Shown in pieces: positions 49,003-62,520 of a stretch of DNA of 64,000 bases (position 1 is the first letter of the stretch; each line of letters starts with the position of its first letter). Both the position numbers and the translations under genes were made by a program. This DNA comes from Callorhinchus milii (Eukaryota), in assembly GCF_018977255.1 (NCBI RefSeq), contig NW_024704743.1:10976001-11040000 (forward strand). Direction: 5' to 3'. The notes under the pieces are model-generated. The model saw only the letters and a program-made list of their open reading frames with translations. It ran no database searches and was not told the origin of the DNA.

Positions 49003-50480
49003 AACAACAAAATTATATTTATAGAGCACCTTTCACGTTGGGAGGACGTCCCAAGGCGCTGGACAGTCAGGGATCAGGACCCGAGCATGGGGGAGGGTTG
49101 GGGTAGGGGTGAGGGAAGGCAGAGAGGTGGGATGGCGACTGAAGGCACGATCAAAGAGGAGAGTCTTGAGACCGGCCTTGAAGGAGGCAAGGGAGGAAGC
49201 AAGTTGAAGGGACTGTGGGATGGAGTTCCAGAGAGGCTGAAAGCTCGGGCCGAGAAATTTCGGGGAGAACTTCTTCCACTAGCGGTAGAAGATGGTGGTA
49301 GGTTTGGAGGCAGTGGGAAGAGGGATATAGGAGTTGAGGGAGATGAAATGGTGGTCAAAGATGGCTTTGTCAGTAATGGTGACATCTAAGATGCTGAGGT
49401 GATCACCAGGTCAAGGGGGTAGCCATGAACGTGGGTAGCAGAGTGGATGTGGGGGGAGAAGTTGAGAGAGGAGAGAGGAGAAGTCTGAGGAGGTGGAGAA
49501 AGAAGGGGTGAACTGGAGGTTGAAATCGCCTAGGATGATGAGGCTGTCGGAGCAGAGGTAAAGGGAGGCTAGGAGGGTGGAGATGTCAGAGATGAAGATG
49601 GGGGAGGATTCTGTGGGGGCGGTAAATTAGGAGAATTTTTAGTGAGAGATGGGACAGATGGCAGAGGGTAAGGTATTCAAAAGAGGGGAATGAGCCATCA
49701 GAGTAGCGGGATAGGGGAAGTGATGCCCTGGAGATGAAGGCCACACCATCGCCACAGTGGTGGGGCGTGGGGCATGGTGGTAGGTACAGCCGGGTGGTGT
49801 GGCCTCACTGAGTGGGAAGGTGTCACCTGAGGTGCTCCAGGTTTCCGTGAGGGCCATAATATCAACATTCTCATCGAGGATGAGATCATTGCCGACCAGG
49901 GTCTTATTGCAGATGGAGCGGACGTTTTGAAGGCCAATGCGGAGTGGACAGTTGGCAGGGGGGGGTGTGGGATGGGAGGGGGTAGTGGGTTGGTTGGCAC
50001 GGAGGGTGGGGATGCAGATGAGGGAGGAGAGGTTAGCCCCCGGGGTCAGGGTCCAGGGTGGCTTGCGGTGGTAGTGGGGGACCGGGCAGTCGGTGTGGCT
50101 GCTGCTGGACAGTCAGTGCTGAGTACCATGATGAGCCTAGCAGAGGAGTCCCAGGCTGGAGCAGAGGAGGTAGTGGGGGGGCTAAGCAGGAATAGGAGGC
50201 GGGGAGGGCGGAGAGAGAGCAGGACAGAACGGGAGAGTTGCAGGGAGGAGGGCATTTTGAGGGAGGGCCAGCTTGGGTCGGAGGCGACAGTCAAGGTTCG
50301 CATGCTGAGATGACATGCGGCGGATTAGTGGGACATTGTCAGCCTGCTGGAGGCTGTGGGGTCTGGAGGTGGTGCAGAGTGGGGAGGACGCTCATTGTGG
50401 TTAGCAATGAGCAGCCCGCAGGGGAAGGACAGGGGAGGGAAGACAGACAGAGGATGGGAGGGAGGGAGACACACTGGTAT
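49003..50480 (-). mobile_element. Internally deleted L2 (5' end + APE fused to the 3' tail)
   Basis: 49245-50480 is colinear with 13840-15155, and 49003-49245 is the L2 tail. RT is absent. Confidence 0.9.
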
Positions 50481-52609
50481 AAACTGTATTCTTTGAAGTG
50501 CTTTGAGGCATGATGAGGTACTATATAAAATGCAAGGATTATTATTATATACTGTAGTGCAATGACTGTATTTTGTAGGTGAACGCAGCAGGCAATTTGC
50601 ACACAGGAATGTGAAAGGCGCTATATCAAATTTAAAGATCATGATTAATATTGGTTATCTCTATAACATTGAATACCTTCTTCCCTTGTGAAAGCATTGA
50701 CTCCCTGCAGATTGATGAATTGTAAATTTCTATGAAGAGACAGGCCAGTTTCTTGGTTAATCTTTCAATTTAGGAGGCTTTCTTTCACTCAGTTCTCATT
50801 CAAAGAACTTCATTGATTTGAAATCTCCAAACAATGACCTATTTGTGTTTGAACGTGCAGTCTTCAATTGGCCATTTTTATTGATTTTTCATTTCAGGTA
50901 TCTGAAAAGCAAAAAATAAACAGGTAAAACAAATGTTTCAACATGTATCATCTGAATGTGCTATTTTCTCAGATGAGGAGAACTAAGGTTTGGTTGTATG
51001 GAGGATGCAGCCAAAAGATTTCAATGATATTACTTTCTAAAATTTGGCATCTCTGTATCATTGGAAAATAGTTTGATGTCTGCTAGAAACAATATTCTGT
51101 GATAAACTGCTTACCATCACATTGAAAAGCGAACAAGATATCTTAATTTTCCTTCACGTTAAAATGTGGGCAACTCTCTGGTATCTTCTGCACCTTCTCT
51201 TCTTTCCTCCTTCCCCATTCGATTCAAGATCTTCGTCTTCAACCATGCCTTCGGTTATCCTCTCACCCCATCACCCTTGGCCACCAGGCTTCTCGATACC
51301 AACCCCAGCTTGGGTGTAAACTGTTGACTGTCTAGACCCTTGGCACATCATCCTGAAGTGAAAGGTGCTAAATAAATGCAATTTGTTGTTTGTTGTTATA
51401 AATACTATGGAGTGCTATGAAACATCCTCCCCAAGTTTATTCATTTAGCCCTATTCCTCTTCATTTTCACAGTATCATTTTACCCTCCTTTTTGGATATT
51501 TGTCTAATTCCCTCAAAACATTAATATAGATACTGACTGAACTGTGGTTTCAGGCAGGGCATTCCATGTCCCAACAGTATTCAATGTAAAACATATCTCC
51601 TATCCTCTCCTCAATGTCACTATAGAATCATAGAAATTTACAGCACAGAAATAGGACATTTGGCACATTATCTCTGTGCTGGCTTTCTTAAAAATTAATC
51701 TCTTCATTCGCATTAACCCTGTGCTTTACTCTTATTTAAATAGCTATCCGGTTGTTTTAGTGATTAGCTTAAATCTATACCCTAAGGGTCCCCTGCTGTT
51801 TTAATGTCCTAAGACAGGCAAATAACCATTGAAGGAAATTCTAAGCATCAGGACACAGTCTCTCCCTGACCTCTGAATGGAATTTAGCAATATTTAATGT
51901 GTTGCAAATCTAGCTCTACATTGTACATTATTCAGTTCCAACCAGTTTCATAACATACTCGTGATCCCAGGACAAGAGCAATAGTGTTCCATGGAGCATT
52001 TGATCATCTATGCCTTATTCTTATTTTCAATCCCTTTTAATTATAAAATTAGTTAATGCTTCTGGAAATTGAATTGTGGAATCAACTGCCATCTAGTGCA
52101 ACCAATTCTTCTTGAGTTGAAGATATAAAGAGGGAAGAGAGAAAGCTCCACATGCAACACACAGTACAGGGATACAGATGACAAATAGCCAGAATTTGAC
52201 CCAAGATTGTATTCATATAAAGCAGTGCCCTAGGGTGGTCTTAATATCATGTTCTTTTCATTTCTAGATTCTTTTCTTCCTTCAATCAAGGTTTGAAGGT
52301 CAATGTATCCCGCATGCCCTTTAAGGCAGTGCAATTCATCATGCTGATGTAAATTCAAATTATGATGTAAACTCATAATAATCCTTTCAGATACACCAAG
52401 GCACAGGACAGGAGAGATCACAGGATTAGGTATGTGAAAGGCATGTAATGGGCGTACATCTTATGAGCTCAGGATCAGATATTGGGCTTGAAACCATGAC
52501 CTTCTGTGTATGCTACTAACTGAGGGTTAGATTAACACCTGGAACAGGCAATGATAGATGAAGAAATCTAGTAGGTGGCTGAAATTGCCTATTTTTGTTC
52601 CTAAAAGAA

Positions 52610-52990
52610 TAATTCTAACATTTGATATAGCGACTTTCATGTCAGGAGGACATCTCAAAATGCTTCACAGAATATAGTGTAAAGTGTATTTTATAGGCAA
52701 ACATAGCTGCCAATCTGTGTCCAACAAATAGCCATGAAGTGAATGACCAATTAGCAACTGGGGGATTTTCGGCTAGGACACTGGAAGAAATGCCCTTCTC
52801 TTTTCCATTAGTGCTATGGGATCTTTAAAGTCCACCTGAGTAGGTAAACAATACTTGAACAGCACTTCCAACAATACAGCCCACCCCCAGGTTTTGCATT
52901 TGAGTGTTTGCCCAGCCGATGTGATTTCAAAGTCCTAATGTGGGACTTGAACCTACAATCTTATGACTCAGGGAAAGGAGTGCTACTGCC
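52610..52990 (-). mobile_element. Deu-domain SINE
   Basis: Reverse-complement tail, Deu core and head. Confidence 0.7.
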
Positions 52991-53019
52991 TAAGATAGGT
53001 TGACACATACATCCTTATG

Positions 53020-53336
53020 CGGGCTGCTCCATGTCTCCCGCCCGACCGACCCTACCATTGGTGGCCGAGCTTTCAGCCTCTCTGCCCCCACACTCTGGAA
53101 CTCCATCCCACGATCCCTTCACCTCGCTTCCTGCCTTGCCTCCTTCAAGGTCGGTCTCAAGACCTTTCTCTTTGACCGTGCCTTTGGTCTCCCTCCCACC
53201 TCTCTGCCTTCCTTCACCCCTACACCACCACTCCCCCATGCTTGGGCCCCGACACCTGACTGTACAGCGCTTTGGGACGTCCTCCCGACGTGAAAGGCGC
53301 TCTATAAATGTAATTTTGTTGTTGTTGTTGTTGTTG
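53020..53336 (+). mobile_element. L2 3' end
   Basis: IGGRAFSLSAPTLWNSIP..FKVGLKTFLF, tail and (TTG)n. A shorter L2 tail lies at 53930-54110. Confidence 0.88.
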
Positions 53337-55164
53337 CTTCTATATTTTGCATTGTATCTAATTTAACTCAAGGATGAGATGTATAGTAAAATATTGCCCA
53401 AGGCACTCCGAGTTAGTTAATGGAATATTTTCCTTTCTCACAGTAGATCCTCACCTCCTGGCTCTATCAGGTAAAATTTATTTGGGACCATTTCTAAGAG
53501 AGTTCAGGCATCAACGACTGTTTGAAACAATCCCAACAATCATCCATGTTTAGCAGTCCAAAAATAGGAACTAATTTGCATTTAACACTGCTTTTCGACT
53601 GCACATTTTTATAAAGAATTAGTAGTATTTTCAATGAGCAGTTCAGTGTGAAATGCTGCAGTACAAATACAATGGAGTTAATCAATAGTTTATCTGCTCC
53701 CCAATGGTCCTTTGAAAGTTCTTGACCAGTCCAATGAATGGCTCAAAAGCTTTGAAGGAGAGTTTTTTTTATTTACTATTGAAGAACTATACACTTCCTG
53801 AGGGAGAGATGCATTACAGTTTTAACAGTCCTTGATCAATACAAGAGAAGTGGAAGGTGTCTTCAAATCCCTCTTAAAAACCCATCTCTTTGATTATGTT
53901 TTTGGTCATAACACTATAACACTATGCTTAGCCTCCTTCAAGTCCCGCCTCAAGACCCTCCTCTTCAACTATGCCATCGGCCAACCCCCTTCCCCTCCCC
54001 TCCCTTAACCCCCGACCCCAGCTCGGGTCTGAAATGCTGTACTCTGTCCAGCACTTTGGGACGTCCTCCTGACGTGAAAGGCGTTATACAAATGTAATCT
54101 TGTTGTTGTTGGTCAACCTTCAACACAAACACTGTTTCCCACTGTGTTTTGTGATCCACACGTTTTTGGAAAGAACTTCAAGATATTATATGGCACAATA
54201 TAAGGGCAAGTTATTGTTGTGTTATTGGAGATGTACTGAAGAACCCTGTTATAACACAGTAGTTATAATAATGATCCTTGCATTTGCTATAGTGCCTTAT
54301 CACCTCGTCAAGACATCTCAAAGCATTTCACACAATTATGGCACTCCTGCCTTTGAGTCAGAAGGTTCTGGGTTCAAGCCTCACATTGGGTAGCATCTCA
54401 GAGATCTTAAACAGTCCTCCTTCCTCCCAAAAAAATGATCATTCACTTCATGGCTGTTTATGGGACATTGCTGCGTCCAAATTAGCTACCACATTCGTCC
54501 ACAAAAATACAGTCACAACACATTACGTTATACCCAATGAAGCACTTTGAGATATCTTGACAATATGATAAGGTGCTATATCAAATACAATCACTATGCT
54601 TCCAGCAGAATAAGTATAGCATGAGATGCTCCCATTCCTTTAAAGGGGAACTCTTTACCCTTCTGGTGATACAAAGAGCCTTAAAGAGCAATGCACTAGT
54701 TTGTCGCCAGTAACAATACATATAACTAATAATGACAACATTGTTGAAGGATATTTTCAGTGCAATATGAAAAACATACAACAAGTTGTATTTATATTAT
54801 GAACTTCAAGCAGGATAGCATCTCAGAACAATGGATGCACATACTTACAGACCTGTGAAGGAAATGTTTTCCCTCCAAGGCTTGATAGGTACAATGCCCT
54901 ATGGGTTAATTATGGGTTAAGTTGTTCTATGAATACTTGGTGGGAACATTCCCACCCATAATTGGCTTGAAGTCCAAATGCCAAAAGGCAGTAAATACTC
55001 CCAAAATTAAATTATACAACCAAACCCAATTTGATTTGTAAAATATAGTTCATAAGGCTTTCATTTATAAAAAATTATGGTAGAAATATTATATCTTTCT
55101 TGTAAGCAAAATAGAAACCCACGGTCTTAAAGGGACAGTGGTAACATGGACACAGAACTGTCTG

Positions 55165-56545
55165 GAGAAAGCAAGCTGAGAGTGGTGGTAAACAGATGTT
55201 TTTCTGACTGGAGGGAAGTGTGCAGTGGTGTCCCCCAATGGGCAGTATTGGGACCACAGCTGTTTTTGATCTATATAAATGACCTAGATTTGGGTATAGG
55301 GAGTACAATTTCCAAGTTTGCAGATGATACTAAGCTGGGAAAAGTAGTAAACAGTGAGGAGGACAGTAGCAGATTGCAAATGGACATAGACAGACTGGTA
55401 ACATGGGCAGACACGTGGCAGATGTAGTTTAATGTGGAGAAATGCGAAGTGATGCATTTTGGGAGGAAGAATAAAGAGAGGCAATATAAGCTGATGGTAC
55501 AATCTTAAAGGGGGTGAAGGGACAGAGAGACCTGGGGTTCATATAAGCAAATCTCTGAAGGTGGCAGGACAGGCAAATAAAACTTTTAAAAAAGCATACA
55601 GGATACTAGGCTTCATAAACAGGGGCATAGAATATAAAATAATAATAATAATTCTTGCATTTGATAGAGCGCTTTTCACATCGGGAGGACGTCCCAAAGC
55701 GCTTCACAGAACACACTGTAAAGTGAATTGACTGTCTATTTGTGGGCGAACGCGGCAGCCAATTGCGCACAGCAGTGTCCCACAAACAATCGTAGATTGA
55801 AAATGACCAATTTAATTATTGTTTTTGGTTTTTGGAGGGATTATTATTAGGCTCTGTGTGGAGTAAGGAAACTTGCCCAAGGTTTCGCCCTCTGCCTGGA
55901 ATTGAACTCAGGTCTCTCACTTGCAAAGCGAGTGCTCTAACCACTGAGCTACAGGACTAAAAGTCAGGAAGTTATGATGAACTTTTATAAAACACTAGTT
56001 AGGCCTCAGCGAGAGTACTGTGTTCAGTTCTGGGCACTACACTTTAGGAAGGATGTCAAGGCATTGGAGAGGGTGCAAAGGAGATTTACCAGGATGGTAC
56101 CAGGGATGAGGGACCTCAGTTATCAGGAGAGGTGAGAGAAGTGAGGATTATTCTCCTTGGAGCAGAGAAGATTAGGAGGAGAGTTAATAGAATTTTTAAA
56201 AATTATGAGGGGATTCAATAGAGTGAACAAGGAGAAACTATTTCCATTGGTGGGTGGGTTGGATATGGAGGACACCGATTTAAAATAGTTGTTAAAAGAA
56301 ACAGAGGGGAGATGAAGAGAATTTTTTTCACACAACGAGTTGTTCGGATCTGGAATGCATTGCTTGAAAGGGTGGTGGAAGCCGATTTGATAACAACTTT
56401 TACGAGAGAAGTAGATAATTATTTGGGGAGGACAAGTTTGCAAGGCTATGGGGAGAGCGCGGGAGAGTGGGATTGAATTGGATACCTCTTTTCAATGAGC
56501 CGCCACAGACACAATGGGCATAATGGCCTCCTATGATTCTATGAT
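55165..56545 (+). mobile_element. CR1 3' fragment (RT C-terminus to 3' UTR), split by a SINE
   Basis: GVPQWAVLGPQLFLIYINDLD..KFADDTKLG and an ATTCTATG tail. Confidence 0.92.
55640..55958 (-). mobile_element. Young CORE-like SINE (short variant) with a probable (T)AAAA TSD
   Basis: GAATATAAAA|...ACAGGACT|AAAAGTCAGG. The empty site is seen at 38680 and at 61690-61710. Confidence 0.9.
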
Positions 56546-57812
56546 CTTAGATCGGGGTCAAAAAGTGGCATTTAATCACTTGGTTCATAGAATTCCTAGT
56601 CACTATAATAATATACCCACATTAGTCAAAAAGAGAACGTAGTTTCTCCTCGTATCTTTATCCTCACTATGTCTATATCAAATATGAGCATTATTATTAT
56701 TTAATAAAAATGATAATAATAATCTTACATTTCATATGCTATGTACAATATCAACAACAAGCAACCCCAAAACAGCCTGCATTATTTTGTGCCTTTCATG
56801 CAGGGTGGCATCTCAGATTGCTTCATATCAATACCTCTCAAAGCTTTTCACAATTGATGACTGCAAAGTTTAATCGGTCAATTGGCTATGATGGGGAATC
56901 TTGCTAGTGAACCATCAGTGCCAAATCGCTGATATGTGAGAGTGCTGTGATCCACTTGTGGCAATGTGGACTGAGTCCCCTGCCTGCTGGCCAAACTATA
57001 AAGCCGGACACCAGCAGAATTCAAGTCCCCAAGCCTTGTATCAGCCTGTATCTTATACACTTAAACCCAAGTTAGTCAGACTAATGGTGGAGGAGGAGAG
57101 ATCCAGTCCACACCACCAGAATTTCTGGATCTGGGGTAATAATCCCTTACAAAAAATTATTTGGTCACTCAATCCACATCTGTTTATGGGACACTGCTGT
57201 GCTCAATTCGCTTCCTCATTTCGCTCACAGAATATAGAGTCAGTTCACTTTACAGTATATTTTGTGAAGCGCTTTGAGACGTCTCAATGATGTGATAAGG
57301 CGCTACATCAACTGCAAGGATCACTATCATAATTATTATTAATTCCTGTGAAGTGCTTGAAAAGACACTATATCAAAAGTACTTGACTGTGAAGTAAATG
57401 CCTGTGAAATGTGAAGTGTTCTGATATGATAAGTCACAAGAATAATGCAAGTTCTTTCTGGTTTATGTCTAAGCTACCAATTAATGGTGTCATGCAACCT
57501 TTGTTTGGCACTATAATTGGGGCTTTAAAGTTAGGCCATCACTGAATGTCATTCTTTCTTAGCCACTCACACTTAATTTGCACAACAGTAATTCCTCTAA
57601 TTAAACAAGATGGGTGGGTTTGTTGAGACAATGGAGAATGCTACTCAATGATTTAGCAATCACACACCAGAAATTACTGATTCCCCCACCAGATTGTCAG
57701 GTTCCACTGCTTTTCCTGACAAGAAGAGAAATAATTTATATTTTTATAGCTTCTTATCACATCAAAATCTCCCCAAGGCCTGCACAGCTAGTTACTCACC
57801 AGTGTACAGACA

Positions 57813-58755
57813 GTGGAGTCCTATAGCATAGTGGTTAGAGTACTCAACAACAACAACTTGCATTTACATTTAGCGGCCTTCCCACATGATAGCATCCTGG
57901 AGCCCTTGACAGTGGCGGAGTCTCACCCTGACCCAAGGTGAGAGGGAGCGGAGAGGTGACCGTAAGCATGAAAGAAAACGGAAGTCTTTAGGCGGGATTT
58001 GAAAGTGAGGGGGAGGGGACAAGGTGGAGCGATTGAGAGAGAGAGCTGCAGAGTTTCAGAGCATAGTGGCTGAAGGCACGGCCACCGATAGTGGAGCGGA
58101 GGGAGCGAGGGATGAACAGGAGGCTGGAGCCAGCCAAGTGGAGGCAGGTGGTAGAGTGGGGAGTAAGCAAATCAGATAAGTATGGAGGTGCGATGGCATG
58201 AAAGGATTTGAAAACAAGTGAGGGGATCTTGAAATTGATCCGTTTGGTGATTGGGAGCCAGTGGAGCAAGGACTGTTGTGATGGGGGTACAGAGTTTGTG
58301 TGGGTGAGTATCCAGGCAGTGGAACTTTTAATTAGTTGAATTATATGTATGGTGTAGGGAACAGGTATGGGGTAGAAAGAAAAGCTGGGGATCAAACTAT
58401 TCATCCCACAAGCGAGAGGACATGGGTTTGATTCCTGGGCGGGGCAAAACATTGGGCAAGTTTCCTTACTCCATACGCCCCTGTTTACCTAGCAGTAAGT
58501 AGGAATCCAGTTGTTAGTCGATTCTCGGATCGCTTTTCCGGGGGTAATAATTCCTTCAAAACAAAAAAAATTTAATAAGTAATAATAATTATTTGGTGAC
58601 TCAATCCACAAGTGTTAGTGGAACATTCCTGTGTGCAACTGACTGCCATTTTTTGCCCACAAAAATGCAATCAATTCACTTTACAATATATTCTATGAAG
58701 CGCTTTGAGACGTCTCGAAGACGTGACAAGGTGCTATATCAAATGCAAGGATTAT
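57813..58755 (+). mobile_element. CORE-like SINE (long variant) whose tRNA head is split by an L2 fragment (-, about 57846-58340)
   Basis: A-box part at 57813-57845; the B-box and core resume at about 58405. The intervening sequence encodes LHWLPITKRINFKI..IGGRAFS on the - strand. Confidence 0.8.
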
Positions 58756-59072
58756 TGGAGTCCTGTAGCTCAGTGGTTAGAGCACTCGCTTTCCAAGCGA
58801 GAGACCTGAGTTCAATTCCAGGCAGGGAGAAACCTTGGGCAAGTTTCCTTACTCCACACACCTAATAATAATCCCCCCAAACCAAAAACAATAATAAATT
58901 GCTCATTTTCAATCTATGACTGTTTGTGGAACATTGCTGTGCGCAATTGGCTGCCGCGTTCGCCCACAAATAGACAGTCAAATCACTTTACAGTGTGTTC
59001 TGTGAAGCACTTTGGGACGTCCTCCCGCCGTGAAAAGCGCTATATCAAATGCAAGGATTATTATTATTATTA
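58756..59072 (+). mobile_element. Young CORE-like SINE (short variant) inserted in the tail of the previous SINE
   Basis: ...GGATTAT|TGGAGTCCTGTAGCTCAG. Confidence 0.92.
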
Positions 59073-59159
59073 TTTCGTAGGCAAAGCAGTGGTCTTAAGA
59101 AAGGACTGCTCTGACTCCAAGGTGATATGTTTTGCAACGGATGTCAATTCTCTGCAGTG

Positions 59160-59585
59160 GTCTTGGTAGCCCAGCTCCTGAGCCAGGCGGTCTACAGTGC
59201 TCCAGGGCACTGTTGATGACAGACCAAACAGCCTGGCTCATCAGCGAACTTGTAGGGGCAGATTGGTCACTGCAAGTAAGGAATCGTCCAACTCAGCTCC
59301 TGTTAACCATGCTCTCAATGGCAAGCTTGCTGGTTTAGCTGGATAAACTCCAGCAGTAACTCATTGCACAATTTGGAGTCTCCAAGCCTTGGCTCTTGCC
59401 AATTGGGGCCTAATACATTCAAGAATTAGGTTAAGCAGGATGCACCCCTCTGGCATGAAAATGTACATTGTATTCTAAACACAGGGAAATTTCCAATTGC
59501 AGGTGGCACATATATGTGGAACTCTCAGTATGGATTGCATACTCCTATGCTTATGGATTTCTATATGTATCAGACACCCAGCTGA
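59160..59585 (+). repeat. Unclassified dispersed repeat
   Basis: See 26060-26530. Confidence 0.75.
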
Positions 59586-59604
59586 TCAAAACAATAATCT
59601 CCAA

Positions 59605-61005
59605 TATCGGCCACTGCCGCCCTATCTCAAACCTGCCCTTCCTTGCCAAAGTTCTGGAACGCATTGTTGCCAACCAACTTCATGCACACCTCTACCCAAA
59701 CTCCTCCAGTCCAGTTTCTGCCCTGTCTACAGTACAGAGACAGCACTTGTGAAGGTCACAAACAATATCTTCTCTATCTGTGACCAGGACTCCCTCTGCC
59801 TCCTCTTCCTCCTGGATCACTCCACCATGTTTGATACAGTCGATCACGCCATCCTCCTTCACTGCTGGTCCTCCATCATCCACCTCAGTGGGACCACACT
59901 CGCTTGGTTCGAGTCCTACCTTACAAACCGCCAGCACTACATTTCTGCAAATGACTTTTCTTCACACTTCCACCTGGTCACCTGCGGGGTACCCCAAGGA
60001 TCCATCCTTGACCCCATTCTATATGCTCTCTCTCAGTGATGTCATCTACAGACATGGGATTAACTTCCACATGTATGTGGTTGACACACAACTCAACCTC
60101 CAACTGTGACCTCCAGTCCCCTGATGTTCTGTCAGCTTGTCTGTTGGCCATCAGGGCCATCAGGAGCTGGATGAGCGCAAACTTCCTGCAGTTAAACGTC
60201 AACAAGAAGGAAGCCATTCTCTTTGGCTCCTGCTGACATCTTCTATTCCACGGTTCCGATCTCCTCAACCTACCCCACTTGTTCTTAAAACTCTCTGAAC
60301 CCATGCACAACTTAGGTGTTGAGTTCGATCCCCAGTTATCCTTCTTCCCTCACATCCAATCCCTGATCAGCACCGCTTTCTTCCACCTCTGCCACATTGC
60401 CCGGTCCGACAATACCTCACCTCAACAGCTGCTGAAACCCTTGTCCATGCCTTTGTCACCTTTCGGCTGGATTACTCTAACTTCCTCCTCGCCAGTGTCC
60501 CCTCCTCCACTATTCACAAAATCTAGCTGATTCCAAACTCCGCCGCCCACATTCTCACCAGTGCTAAACTTTGTACCCCAATTACTCCAGTTCTTGCCAA
60601 ACTCCACTGGCTCCCTGCCACAGAGCGGATCAACTTAGTCTATTGTTCAAATCCCTCCATTCCTTGGCACCCCCCTAATCTCTCTAACCACCTCTCTCCC
60701 CACAGCAGAACCCACTGCCTCTGCTCTACTGGGCCTGGCCTCCTCCCCTTCCCTCGAATCCTCCGCTCCACCATCGGCGGTTGTGCCTTCAGCGACTATG
60801 CCACAAAACTTTGGAACTCCCTCCCTCAATCCCTTCACCTTGTCCCCTCCTTCTCCACCTGAACCAGCCAACTTCCTTTTCGACCGCGTCTATAGTTACC
60901 TTCCCCCTTCCCCTGACTCGGCCTTCAGCTCTACCATGTTAAGCACTCTGAGACGCTGCCCAGCGTGGAGGGCGCTATATAAGTGCAAGTTCAAGTTGTT
61001 GTTGT
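59605..61005 (+). mobile_element. Older L2 RT and 3' end
   Basis: [56 protein letters not shown] and the L2 tail. Confidence 0.9.
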
Positions 61006-61119
61006 AGATTCACATCATCATCAGTGCTGTCCTTCTGACGAGATGTAAAACCAAGGTTCCTTCGAAGAGTTCTCCCGCTGCGTTCATCCACAAAACACAC
61101 AGTTACTCAACTTTATTAC

Positions 61120-62035
61120 CATAGAATTATATAGCATAGAAGGGAGGCCATTTGGCCACTGTGTCTTTGGCAGCTCATTGAAAAGAGGTATCCAATTCAA
61201 TCCCACTCTCCCGCTCTCTCCCCATAGCCCTGCAAACTTGTCCTCCCCAAATATTTATCTACTTCTCTCTTAAAAGTTGTTATCAAATCAGCTTCCACCA
61301 CCCATTCTAGAACTGAACAACTCGCTGTGTGAAAAAAATTCTCCTCACTTCCTCTCTGCTTCTTTTAACAAATATTTGAAATTGGTGTCCTCGGGTGACT
61401 GACCCACCCACCAGTGGAAATAGTTTCTCCTTGTTCACCCTATCGAATCCCCTGATAATTTTTAAAACTTCTATAAAGTCTCCTCTTAACCTTCTCTGCT
61501 CCAAGGAGAATAATCCTCGCTTCTCTCACTTCTCCTGATAACTGAAGTCCCTCATTCCTGATACCATCCTGGTAAATCTCCTTTGCACCCCCTCCAATGC
61601 CTTGACATCCTTCCTAAAGTGTGGTGCCCAAAACTGAACACAGTACTCTAGCTGAGGCCTAACCAGTGTTTCATAAAGGTTCATCATAACTTCCTGACTT
61701 TTGTATTCTATGTCCCTACTTATAAAGCCTAGTATCCTGTATGCTTTTTTTAACAGCTCTATCTACCTGTCCTGCCAGCTTCAAAGATTTACTTATATGA
61801 ACCCCAGGTCTCTCTGTTCCTTCACCCCCTTTAAGATTGTACCATCAGCTTATATTGCCTCTCCTTATTCTTCCTCCCAAAATGCATCATTTCGCATTTC
61901 TCCACATTAAATTTCATCTGCCACATGTCTGCCCATTTTATCAGTCTGTCTATGTCCATTTGCAATCTGCTACTATCCTCCTCACTGTTTACTACTTTTC
62001 CTAGCTTGCAAACTTGGAAATTGTACTCCCTGTGC
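61120..62035 (-). mobile_element. CR1 3' fragment, inverted sister of 55165-56545
   Basis: KLGKVVNSEEDSSRLQMDIDRL..EQRRLRGDFIEV. Confidence 0.92.
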
Positions 62036-62179
62036 CCAAATGCATTATATTGCCTGTTGAGACGTCCTCTCGATGTGAAAGGTGCTACATCAAACATAAG
62101 GATTGCCTCATGCCTCAACAAATTTGTTTGTTCATCTGGTGATGCTGCTGCTGCTGCATCTTTTTGGAAAAATTCTTCT

Positions 62180-62520
62180 TGTCAGGAGAATGTCTAAAAG
62201 TGCTTCACAGGATATATTGTGAAGTTTAGGGAATTGTGCCAGCCAACTCACATACAAAAAAGTCACATAAAAAAACCATGAAGAGAATGACCAATCTTAC
62301 CTGGGAAAATGCTGGCCAGGACATTGGGGATAGTACCATGGGATCTGTAACTTCCACTTGAACAGACAAATGGGATCTTGGTTTAATATCCAAAGGAGCG
62401 CACCTCCAACAAGGTAGCACACACTCAGAGTTGGAGTATCATTGGAGTATCATTCCTAGACCAATTCCTAATGTGGGATCATAACTTACAAGCTTCTATC
62501 GCAGAGAGGAGAGTGCTACC
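62180..62520 (-). mobile_element. Deu-domain SINE, decayed
   Basis: Reverse-complement Deu core and head up to GAGTGCTACC. Confidence 0.65.

Noticed and set aside
50898..50923. Possible 26-nt micro-exon (TTTCAG|...CAG|GTAAAA); similar 28-nt case at about 45713-45740
   Set aside because: Weak donor or acceptor and no recognisable peptide; expected by chance.
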